A stretch of DNA of 12,658 nucleotides from Octopus sinensis (Eukaryota): positions 1-12,658 of the forward strand of contig NW_021826533.1 in the NCBI RefSeq assembly GCF_006345805.1. The letters run 5' to 3'. Below the pieces are notes generated by a model that was not told where the DNA came from, did no database searches, and was given only the letters and a program-made list of their open reading frames with translations. How positions within the stretch are numbered: the stretch's first letter is position 1; each line of letters starts with the position of its first letter. Shown in pieces: positions 1 to 8,933 of the stretch. The position numbers and the translations under genes are program-made.

Positions 1-269
1 GTGGTGGTTGTCATCGTCGTCGTCGTCGTCGTCGTGGCAGCGGCGGTGGCGGCGGCGGTGGTGGCAGCGGGTGTGTTGGTGGCGATGATGGCGGCGGTTG
101 TTCTTGGTGGTGGTGGTGGCGGCAGTGGTGTTGGTGGCAACGATGGTAGTGATGGTGGCGGCTGTTCTTGGTGATGGTGGTGGTGGTGGTGGTTGTGGAG
201 ATGGCGGTTGAAGTGTTGGTGATGATGGCGGCGGTTTTTCTCGGTGGTGATGGTGGTAGTGGTGGTAGA
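1..269. repeat. GC-rich cryptic trinucleotide repeat (GGT/GGC/GTC/GAT)n
   Basis: Runs of gtc, ggc, ggt and gat triplets from the window start to ~269. Confidence 0.9.
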
Positions 270-270
270 G

Positions 271-395
271 GATTTCAGTCGGTTTCGACGATGAGTATTC
301 AATTATCTGATCCATTGAATTACCTGCTCTGAAACGACATACAAGTGGCTGAGTAAACAGACATGTGTACCCATAATGTAATTTCCAAGCAATCT
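271..395 (-). mobile_element. Diverged 3' fragment of family C SINE
   Basis: The reverse complement (aattacattatgggtacacatgtctgt..tactcagccacttg..gagcagg..ctcatcgtcgaaaccgac) aligns by eye to the 3' half of the copy at 4848-5153 (aattacattaagggtaggtatgtctgtggagtactcagccacttg..gagcagg..ctcgtcgtcgtaaccgac). Confidence 0.75.
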
Positions 396-446
396 AGGCG
401 GACGAGATTCTATACAGTTTCCGTCCAACGTTGGCAAGTATGATCC

Positions 447-588
447 TGTGGTTAAGAAGCCCGCTTTGAAACCATGTGGTTTCGGGTTCAGTCTCATTGC
501 GTGTTATCTTGGACGAGTGTCTTCTTGTATGATAGTTTCGGGCCAACCAATGCTGGAGTGTGTGTGTGTGTGTGGTGTGTGTGTGTGT

Positions 589-642
<54 letters not shown>

Positions 643-840
643 TTGCCACCGCTCCACCGCTCGACTTGTGTTAATTTGTTTGCGTCCCTGTAAATCAGCG
701 GTTCGACAAAATAGACCAATGTAATATGTACCACTCTTTAAAAAAATACAGATAAAATACTGAGGTGGATTTGGTCAACTAAATCCCTTGAAGGCGGTGC
801 TTCAGCATGGCCGCAGTTCAATGACTGAAACAAGTAAAAA
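447..840 (+). mobile_element. Family B tRNA-derived SINE (CORE-type, octopus OR2-like), diverged
   Basis: Same layout as 8728-9130: head gtggttaagaagc..gggttcagtc, CORE-like cttggacgagtgtctt, internal (TG)n, tail ggcggtgcttcagcatggccgcagttcaatgactgaaacaagtaaaa. The OR2/CORE label is from recall. Confidence 0.8.
558..640. repeat. (TG)n microsatellite inside the family B SINE
   Basis: Direct reading. Confidence 0.95.
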
Positions 841-1152
841 ACAAAAATGAAATGATATAAAATAAAATAAAATAAAATAAAGGAGCGGCGCGTTAGGATC
901 GAACCTAAATCCCCTGAATATAGTGCCTCAGCATGGCCGCAGTCCAATGACTGAAACAAGTAAAAGAAAAATGAAACAAAATAAAATAAAATACAAATAA
1001 AGGAGCGACGCGTTAGGATCGAGCCTAAATCCCTTGAATGTTGTGCCTCATCATGGCCGCAGTCCAATGACTGAAACAAGTAAAAAAGAAATTTTAATAC
1101 AATATATAAAATACAATATATAAAATGAAGAAGCGACGCGCTAGGATCGAAC
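779..1152 (+). repeat. Three-copy tandem repeat (126, 120 and 128 bp units): SINE-B tail + A-rich linker + antisense tRNA T-arm
   Basis: Units start with ctaaatccc at 779, 905 and 1025. Each contains catggccgcagt.caatgactgaaacaagtaaaa and ends in gcg.cgcg.taggatcga.c. Confidence 0.9.
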
Positions 1153-1206
1153 CTAGAACCGACTGGTTACGACTCGAAATTACGATCCATTCGACCATAC
1201 TGCACC
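1133..1206 (-). pseudogene. Degenerate tRNA-like element (tRNA pseudogene or SINE head)
   Basis: Minus strand reads ggtgcagtaTGGTCGAATGG..gtcgtaa..ctaGGTTCGATCCtag. It has A-box and B-box motifs, a CTAGG/CCTAG T-stem and a T-run shortly downstream. Acceptor and anticodon stems pair poorly, so it is not a functional tRNA. Confidence 0.6.
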
Positions 1207-1419
1207 TACAGTGTAACGGTGTAGCGTTAGTAACGAAACATTGACCGGTGTATGACAAAAGCTATGAAAGAATCGCGTGAGAAACTGCTATATCTCCATC
1301 ATAGCGGAGCCTGTCGAAACTAATTTCTCAGAGACCATTATGAAGTCAATAATATCGTAGCTGATGTGCTGGAAGTAGGAGGAGGTGAGGAGCGGTGGCA
1401 GGAGGAAGACTGCTTGTGT

Positions 1420-1647
1420 TTCGTTATGTAGATGTATGTATGGATGGAGCTGTGTATATGTATATGTATGTGTGTGTGTGTTTGAGTATTCGCTTGTATG
1501 TATGTGTATTCGATTTTGTGCATATGTGTACTTTTTGTGTGTAGGTATTCGTCTCTGAGCAGGCTTGTCCGTGATTGCGTATACGTATTCGTATACAACT
1601 GTACGTATTTGCATATGTGTACACGTATTCATGTCTATACGTATTCG

Positions 1648-1702
<55 letters not shown>

Positions 1703-1965
1703 ATGTATATATATAAGTGTATATGTACGAGTATATGTGTGTACATATTTGCATATTCGTATACATATGTGTATTTTTGTACTTGTATGTGTAATTATTT
1801 ATGTTCATACGTATTTGTGTGTGAGTGTGTATGCGTATTCCTGTATGTCTATATGTATCAGTATACGGACGTGTGTTCGTATGCCTGTACGGTTATTCGT
1901 GTGTTTGTATGCGTAAGTATGTGTGTGAATGTGTGCCGGCTTGCGTGTGTGTTATCGTCTGCATA
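1420..1965. repeat. Degenerate (TG/TA)n low-complexity tract with a pure (TG)n core at ~1658-1698
   Basis: Direct reading. Confidence 0.9.
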
Positions 1966-2513
1966 TTAGAGTAACAACTCATGATAAATCTGAGTTATTT
2001 GAAGCGAAACAACAAGAACAAAGAAATATTGTACCAATTTGGCAGGATTACAGAAATGTGTTCGATTTTAAACTCCATCTGTGGACGCCACCACAGGCTA
2101 TGGCTTCGGCGAGAAAGAGCTTGGATTGTTCATATTCCAACGCATTATCATTGAATAGAGAAAACTGATTGATTTCCATATTAAAGTGTTTTCACAAGTA
2201 GTTTTTCAAGACTGCCTTATTTATATTACCTCCATTACCGACGACTTTTCAAAATTCCTGACAAGCCATGTTGACCGTTTGTTTCAGGCAATTCCATTCT
2301 TGAGACTTACGTGAACATTTCTTGACAGAATGCTGTTATAGTTTGTGCATTTCTTCTTATTAATTTCTTAACCCCTTTGATACTAACACGGCAGGGATAA
2401 CCTCTAGTTCTGGAATACGAAGTGTTTCTACTTTAAAGAGATTAAGGCTAAAACTTTTTATCATAATTCCATGTTAATTTATGTTCCAAACACACCTTAT
2501 TATTGACAGTCAC

Positions 2514-2943
2514 GGATCTTTTCGGTTTGATCGGCAGTTTTTTCTAGCGGTGTCATATGAAATTGTCACCCATAATTATGACCCTAGTATCGATCTATTG
2601 CATTTCAATCTGTTTTAGGGCTTGTTAGGGTTAGGGTTAGGGTTAGGGTTAGAGGTGGGGGCAAGGGTATCTTTTTTTCTTCAGAAATGTAAATAAACCC
2701 AATCTGTTTCTTAAACGAGGGACACCTTCATACGGCACAGAATATTTTCACCTCAATTGACGTCATTGATTGGTTGAAATTGCAGAAATTGAAGAAAAAA
2801 AATCCTACAAACTATAGAATTTTCTCAATACAGCCAAGAGAAAAAGATGTTTTATAAACACATTCTACCAGTATACGAAGTTTAAAAGTGTTTAGTTACG
2901 TGGAAATTATTTTTAAAAACTGCCTTTCAAACCGAAAAGAACC
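2514..2943. mobile_element. 430-bp MITE with 29-bp TIRs and an 8-bp target site duplication
   Basis: Left TIR ggatcttttcggtttgatcggcagttttt (2514-2542) matches the reverse complement of aaaaactgcctttcaaaccgaaaagaacc (2915-2943) at 26/29. Flanked by acagtcac (2506-2513) and acagttac (2944-2951), 7/8 identical. Confidence 0.8.
2615..2652 (+). repeat. Interstitial telomere-type (TTAGGG)n inside the MITE
   Basis: Four perfect tandem TTAGGG at 2625-2648, followed by TTAG, plus one more copy at 2615-2620. Confidence 0.9.
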
Positions 2944-3260
2944 ACAGTTACTTTACCAAATACTTTATTATTTTACGTAATAAATTATAAAGCAAAGATA
3001 ATGTATTTCAACAGGTATAAAGTAACAAAAGTGATCTAAAATTTTAAATTTCATTAAAATTTCATATTAATTTATGCTTGAAACACCGTCTTGATATTGA
3101 CAATGTTATTTTACTAAATTCTTCACAATTTACCAAAATTTATTACATCAAAAGTAACGTATTTAAACTGAAATATGGTAACTAAAGGATTAGAGTGATC
3201 TAAAATAAAACCTTCCATCAAAATATTAATTTGTTTAAAACACCATTTGATAATTATAAA

Positions 3261-4030
3261 GGCGGCGAGCCGGCAGAATCGTTAGCACGCCGGGCGAAAT
3301 GCATAGCGGTATTTCGTCTGCCACTACGTTCTGAGTTCAAATTCCGCCGAGGTCGACTTTGCCTTTCATCCTTTCGGGGTCGATAAATTAAGTACCAGTT
3401 ACGCACTGGGGTCGATGTAATTGACTTAATACCTATGTCTGTCCTTGTTTGTCCCCTCTGTGTTTAGCCCCTTGTGGGTAATAAAGAAATAGGTATTTCG
3501 TCTGCCACTACGTTCTGAGTTCAAATTCCGCCGAGGTCGATTCTGCCTTTCATCCTTTCGGGGTCGATTAAATAAGTACCAATTACGCATTGAGGTCGAT
3601 ATAATCGACTTAATCCGTTTGTCTGTCCTTGTTTCTCCTCTCTGTGTTTAGCTCCTTGTGGGTAGTAAAGAAATAGGTATTTCGTCTACTGCTACGTTCT
3701 GAGTTCAAATTCAACCGAGGTCGACTTTGCCTTTCATCCTTTCGGGGTCGATTAAATAAGTACCAGTTACGCACTGGGGTTGATATAATCGACTTAATCC
3801 GTTTGTCTGTCCTTGTTTCTCCTCTCTGTGTTTAGCCCCTTGTGGGTAGTAAAGAAATAGAAATAGGTATTTCATCTGCCGTTACGTCCCGATTTCAAAT
3901 TCCGCCGAGGTCGAATATACCTATCATCCTCACGAGGTCGATAAATTAAGTACCAGTTACGTACTGGAGTGGATCTAATCGACAAGCCCCATCACCAAAT
4001 TTCAGGCCTTGTGCCTATAATAGAAAGGAC
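3261..4030 (+). mobile_element. Family A tRNA-derived SINE with three internal 184-190 bp tandem units
   Basis: Head ggcggcgagccggcagaatcgttagc (A-box-like). Units begin ggtatttc at 3308, 3492, 3676 and 3866, each with B-box-like gagttcaaattc and central ggtcgactttgcctttcatcctttcggggtcga. Tail is ggccttgtgcctataatagaaag. Candidate TSD attataaa at 3253-3260 and 4041-4048. Confidence 0.9.
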
Positions 4031-4057
4031 ATTTTTAATCATTATAAAGTTATTTAA

Positions 4058-4268
4058 GGCTGCAAGCTGGTAGAATCGTTAGCACGCCGGGCGAAGTACT
4101 TACAAGCATTATCGCCCCACCGTACGATCTGAGTTTAAATTCCGAAGAGCTCAACATCGCTTTTCATCTTTTCGGGGTCGATAAAATAAGTACTAATTGG
4201 GGGAATCGATTAGATCGATTACCACGCCTTCCCCGAAACTATTGGCCTCGTATCAAAATTTTAAGCCA
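4058..4268 (+). mobile_element. Family A SINE, older monomeric copy
   Basis: ggctgcaagctggtagaatcgttagcacgccgggcgaa..gagtttaaattcc..ttttcatcttttcggggtcgataaaataagtac; no 184-bp repeat unit. Confidence 0.85.
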
Positions 4269-4847
4269 ATAATTAGGAAGTTATTTTGCTGAATTCTTTA
4301 TTATTTTCAAAATGAATAACAACAAAGGAAACGTATTCAAGCTAAAATATGGTAACACCAGGGTGAAATGATCTGAAGCAAAACTTTATTCGGAATTCTA
4401 TTTTCATTTCTCTTCTAAATACTAGGTTAATAATAACAACATTATTTTAATAAATCTTATGTTTTTTTTTCAAAATTAATTAAAACATACGTAATGTACT
4501 TTATCAGAAAGAGTTAAGTCAGAGACAACGTTTAAGAAAAATTAAAGTCGATTTGCTAATTATTAAAACGCTCATCAAACGTTTTTTTTTGTACTTGGCT
4601 GTATAATTATTTCTACTTAGCTCTTTAATGCTATTCACTTCATTAAATACATTAACATTAATTTAATTATTCTTTTATATCAGTGATGTCGGCGAAGTGT
4701 TTAATTTCTAAACAATTCTATTTTCTTATGCCAATAAATGTACAAACTTTGGCCGTTGCTGCTCGGACTTGGCTGGACGCGAGCCATTTCTCGATTCAGG
4801 CATTTCCAACCCACCCGTTTCTCCTCCTCTTATCACCCTTGTGTGAA

Positions 4848-5153
4848 GGCGCGTGGCACAGTGGTTAGGATATTTTGCTCACGATCGTTAGGTCGCCAGT
4901 TCGATTCTCGACGGTGCATTATATCCTTATTTCTCGTTACTCCAGTCTATTCACTTGACTGAAATGAATTGTACCAGCAATTCAAAGGGTCAGCCTCGTC
5001 ACATTCTGTGTCGCACTGAAACTCCTTGAGAATTACATTAAGGGTAGGTATGTCTGTGGAGTACTCAGCCACTTGCACGTTAATTTCACGAGCAGGCTGT
5101 TCCGTTGATCGGATCAACTGGAACCCTCGTCGTCGTAACCGACGGAGTGTCAA
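4848..5153 (+). mobile_element. Family C tRNA-derived SINE, near full length
   Basis: tRNA-like head ggcgcgTGGCACAGTGG..caGTTCGATTCtc, and a body shared with 271-395. Candidate TSD ttatcaccctt (4830-4840) and ttatcgccctt (5154-5164). Confidence 0.75.
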
Positions 5154-5580
5154 TTATCGCCCTTCCTCTGTGCAAACCTGTAGGCCCTACTAGCCACACA
5201 TTAACCGCTCCACACAGTTTTTACTTCCAAGAAAGTAGGGCTCCTAGTGCTCTCACCTTGTTAATGTCTTTTCGGCGGATGTTGAAGAGAAACATTAATG
5301 GCATCAATCTCACCGGTCTCAGAACACCGAGGGAGCAATACCCATTGCCTGCAAAGACCAGGAGAGTTTCTCCTTCCATAGACACAAGTCAACAAAAAAG
5401 GGGGTTGGTGGGGGGGTAAGTAATTTACTCATTACTACATCAGAAAGTACAGGGAAGGTAATGATTCGCTGATGATGTGGAAAATAAAGGAAACCCAGAA
5501 ACATGTACAGAGTTATCTCCCATACTTGCCCGAAAGAAATGCATATGACATAGATTTTAACATCATTTATCATTTTTATA

Positions 5581-5792
5581 TTTTATTTCATTTGACTGTG
5601 GCCATGCTGGGGCACCACCTTGAAGAATTTTTTTGTCGAGTGAAGCGAACCCGGCATTTATTTTTGCTTAGGCATTGTACTTATTCTATCGATCTCTTTC
5701 GCCGAACCGCTATGCTCAGGGCCTTAAACACACCAACATCGGTTTTTCTAGCGGTGGTGGTGGCGGAGGGACACACACACACACACACACAC
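5581..5792 (-). mobile_element. Family B SINE, 3' half plus (CA)n; 5' half missing
   Basis: ttcatttgactgtggccatgctggggcaccacctt..gtacttattctatcg..gccgaaccgcta is the reverse complement of the family B tail and body; it ends at (CA)n 5771-5792. Confidence 0.8.
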
Positions 5793-5804
5793 ATGTCCAA
5801 ATTG

Positions 5805-5950
5805 TGGCACGAGGTCAGCATTTTGGGGTGAGGGTTTAGTCGATTACATTGACGCCAGTACGCAACTAGGGTCAATTTATTGCCCCTAAAAGGATGAGAG
5901 GCAACGTCGATTTTTGCGGAATTTAAACTCCCAATGTAAAGACACAATAC
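5805..5950 (-). mobile_element. Family A SINE, diverged 5'-truncated fragment
   Basis: ggcacgaggtc..tagtcgattacattgacgccagtacgcaact..aaaggatgagaggcaacgtcga..gcggaatttaaactc matches the reverse complement of the family A body. Confidence 0.75.
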
Positions 5951-6090
5951 GAACATTATTATTAAGAAGTGAATTATTTTCATGAACCCGTTATTCCGGC
6001 AATAGTCTTCGGTTTCTTCAGATTTTTGCTAATATTTATAATCATAAATCCTATAATTACGTGATATTAACCGAAAGCACGTGATGTTAT

Positions 6091-6222
6091 TTAATTTATC
6101 CTCTTTCAAAAGGACAAAATGAAAATCAGCCCTCAGCGAGATTTGAACTCAGGACGTTAAAACAGACGAGATGCCGTTAAGCATTTCGCTCGGCGTGCTA
6201 ACGATTCCGCCAGCTCGCCGCC
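6091..6222 (-). mobile_element. Family A SINE, 5' part
   Basis: atttgaactcaggacg..gcatttcgctcggcgtgctaacgattccgccagctcgccgcc is the reverse complement of the family A head; more diverged toward 6091. Confidence 0.85.
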
Positions 6223-6289
6223 TTACGCCGCCTTAAACTAATGACCCAAATATTAACTAATGTTAAACTAACCGAATTAGAATATGCTT

Positions 6290-6866
6290 GTCTACTCTAG
6301 GCACAAGGCCCGAAATTTTGGGGGAGGGGGCCAGTCGATTAGATCGACGCCAGTACGTAACTGGTAATCAATTGATCGACTCCGAAAGGATGAAAGGCAA
6401 AGTTGACCCTGGTGGAATCTGAACTCAGGACGTAAAGTCAGACGAAATACCTATTTCTTTACTACCCACAAGGGGCTAAACACAGAGAGGACAAACAAGG
6501 ACAGACAAATGGATTAAGTCAATTATATCGACCCCAGTGCGTACCTGGTACTTATTTAATCGACCCCGAAAGGATGAAAGGCAAAGTCGACCTCGGTGGA
6601 ATTTGAACTCAGAATGTAGCGGCAGACAAAATACCTATTTCTTTACTACCCACAAGGGGCTAAACACAGAGAGGACAAACAAGGACAAACAAATGGATTA
6701 AGTCAATTATATCGACCCCAGTGCGTACCTGGTACTTATTTAATCGACCCCGAAAGGATGAAAGGCAAAGTCGACCTCGGTGGAATTTGAACTCAGAACG
6801 TAACGGCAGGCGAAATACAGCAACGCATCTCGCCCGGCGTACTGACGATTCTGCCAGCTCGCCGCC
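6290..6866 (-). mobile_element. Family A SINE with two internal 184-bp tandem units
   Basis: Tail ctactctaggcacaaggcccgaaatttt at ~6292; units ctatttctttactacccacaagggg..aaatac at 6451-6634 and 6635-6818; head ends gccagctcgccgcc at 6866. Confidence 0.9.
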
Positions 6867-7060
6867 TTACGCCGCCTTAAAATAATGCCCCGAATATGAA
6901 CTAACATTAAACAACCGAATTAGAATATGGTATAAGAAAGTTGAAAGGAAGAAAAAAAAATCTTGTTTATTGAACAGCATAATTGAAATATAGGGCGTAG
7001 GAGAAACGTTTCGATAATATGGAATTAAATTCGAAAGATAAAACAAAAATAAGACAAAAT

Positions 7061-7110
7061 AACAACAGCAATAACAACAACAACAACAACAGCAGCAGCA
7101 GCAGCAACAG
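7061..7110. repeat. (AAC)n/(CAG)n trinucleotide microsatellite
   Basis: Direct reading. Confidence 0.9.
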
Positions 7111-7334
7111 CGTCAATAAATGACGTTCTATGTTAATTTAATAAATTCGCTGTTAATACAATTACTTTTCCTTGGTAGTTAGTTACTCTGTCATATCTTG
7201 GTCTTATTAAACATGGCTTCCCTTTCTTTTGACTTCTTGTTTTTGTTTTTTTCTAATATTCCTTGGTATTTTATGAAAAAGAAAGAAAAAAGAAAAGAAA
7301 AGAACGAAAAGAAAAGAAACGGTTTCATCGTCGA

Positions 7335-7406
7335 CATTGTTATTGTTGTTGCTGTTGTGTTGTTGCTGTCGGTGATAATTACGATGACGATGATGACGAT
7401 GGTGAC

Positions 7407-7466
<60 letters not shown>

Positions 7467-7585
7467 GATGATGACGACGACGACGACGACGACGATAATG
7501 ATATTTTTTAATGCTATTGTTTCGTGTTATTGATATTTATTGTCGTTATTTTCGTTGTTGTTGTTGTTGTTATTGTAGTTGTTTT
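7335..7585. repeat. Compound (GTT)n/(GAT)n/(GAC)n trinucleotide tract
   Basis: Direct reading; long (GAT)n at ~7380-7500. Confidence 0.92.
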
Positions 7586-7949
7586 CAAGTGTATTTTACT
7601 TGCAGCGAAAGAACCGTTTCTCTTTAAGGTGTATACATAAACAAACAAACAACAAACAAATAAATAAAAATAAAATATAATAAATACCAAAAATTCAATT
7701 AAAAATGATAGCGTTACTCATTATTGCGAAACTCAAAAACAGTATTTAAAAAAAATTAAAATCCTGTTTAAGGGTTTTTTTTTTCCGTATTGATGTTCGT
7801 TTGGTTGTTTGTGAAAAGAAAAACAGAATTTAGACAACATACTGACGAGGCAAAAGGTTAAGTTTTATAGAAGACAATCTTATGTGATCGATTAAATTGG
7901 TTATATACTTTTGATCTCGTGTTACAGTTGCACTATTATCGTATAGAAA

Positions 7950-8092
7950 TTGGTCACTTGTCTGTTCATCTTTCACGGGTTGATAGAATTAGTACCAGTT
8001 GAATACTCGGGTCGGTTTACTCGATTATAGCCTTTCTCCTGACCCGGCCTCAAATATGTGGCTTTGTGCCTATAACAGAAATCAATATTATA
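7950..8092 (+). mobile_element. Old family A SINE 3' part; its tail is the target of the next insertion
   Basis: ttcatctttcacgggttgatagaattagtaccagttgaatactcgggtcg..ggctttgtgcctataacagaa is a diverged family A body and tail. Confidence 0.65.
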
Positions 8093-8496
8093 TTCTTTTC
8101 TATTCTAGGCACTAGGCCCGAAATGTTGGGGGGGGGGGGGAGCCAGTCGATTAGATCGACCTCAGAACGCAACTGGTACTTAATTTATCGACCCTGAAAG
8201 GATGAAAAGCAAAGTCGACCTTGGCGGAATTTGTACTCAGAACGTAAAGACAGACGAAATACCTATTTCTTTACTACCCACAAGGGGCTAAACACAGAGG
8301 GGACAAACAAGGACAGATACACGGATTAAGTCGATTATATCGACCCCAGTGCGTAACTGGTACTTAATTTGTCGACCCCGAAAGGATGAAAGGCAAAGTC
8401 GACCTCGGCGGAATTTGAACTCAGAACGTAACGGCAGACGAAACACCGCTACGCATTTTGCCTGGCGTGCTAACGATTCTGCCAGCTCGCCGTCTT
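8093..8496 (-). mobile_element. Family A SINE with one 184-bp extra unit and a perfect 16-bp TSD
   Basis: TSD agaaatcaatattata at 8077-8092 and 8497-8512; unit at 8263-8446; tail ttcttttctattctaggcac and head gccagctcgccgtc both present. Confidence 0.93.
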
Positions 8497-8523
8497 AGAA
8501 ATCAATATTATAGTTACAACAAA

Positions 8524-8700
8524 GGCAGCGAGATGGCAGAATAGTTAGCATGCTGAGTTCGAATTTCGCCGAGGTCAACTTTACCTTTCATCCTTTCGGG
8601 ATCGATAAATTAAGTACCAGTTACGCACTGGGGTCGATGTAATCGACTTACTTCCTCAGCTTCGAGATTGCTGGCTTTGTGCTAAAGTTTGAATATAATG
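8524..8700 (+). mobile_element. Family A SINE with a ~41-bp internal deletion between the A and B boxes
   Basis: ggcagcgagatggcagaatagttagcatgc|tgagttcgaatttcgccgaggtc; the segment equivalent to 3291-3331 is absent. Confidence 0.85.
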
Positions 8701-8727
8701 TTGTCCTTGTTTATAAAAATCTTTCTC

Positions 8728-8889
8728 GGCGTAGGAGTGGCTGTGTGGTAAGACGCTTGCTTCCCAACCACATGGCTCCGGGTTCAGCCTCACTGCGTGG
8801 CACCTTGGGCAAGCGTCTTCTACAATAACCTCGGGTAGACCAAAGCTTTGTGAGTGAATTTGGGAGACGGAAACTCAAAGAAACCAGTC

Positions 8890-8933
<44 letters not shown>

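Larger units (their letters stand above)
2372..4513. mobile_element. Putative non-autonomous piggyBac-like element (TTAA-flanked) with internal ~164-bp tandem units, interrupted by a MITE and two SINEs
   Basis: Left end TTAA|cccctttgatac (2368-2371); right end tatcagaaagag|TTAA (4514-4517), a degenerate inverted match. AT-rich units are marked by tgatct at 3032, 3196 and 4369, and the spacing returns to ~163 bp when the ~1010-bp SINE block is removed. Recurrent motifs include ttaatttatg..aaacacc, gttatttt.ct.aattctt and aatatggtaac. Confidence 0.55.

Noticed and set aside
394-734. ORFs 394-657, 474-674 and 504-734 (HT/CV-rich)
   Set aside because: They are translations of the (TG)n tract and SINE sequence, with no protein-like composition.
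738-1079. 113-aa ORF with a repeated FQSLDCGH motif
   Set aside because: It is the antisense reading of the 125-bp SINE-tail tandem repeat; the peptide repeat only mirrors the DNA repeat.
779-1152. CRISPR-like look (conserved blocks with variable spacers)
   Set aside because: The context is eukaryotic, the linkers are related A-rich stretches rather than unique spacers, the blocks are too long, and there are no cas genes.
1288-1969. Five overlapping ORFs of 66-152 aa
   Set aside because: They are driven by the stop-poor (TG/TA)n tract.
1970-2365. Non-repetitive stretch with ORF 1929-2168 and a minus-strand donor-like GTAAGT at 2305-2310
   Set aside because: All frames I translated contain stops or give no recognisable protein, and there is no matching acceptor. 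It is left unassigned.
3308-3865. 184-bp repeats as a CRISPR array or independent satellite
   Set aside because: The units are internal to a SINE with an intact head and tail, and there are no spacers.
4683-5983. ORFs of 61-119 aa across 4683-5983
   Set aside because: They overlap SINE copies on both strands, have no recognisable domain and are mutually overlapping. The unique part 5165-5580 could be an old LINE remnant, but I cannot support that.
7198-7533. Poly-Met / poly-Asp ORFs
   Set aside because: They are reading frames of the (GAT)n microsatellite.
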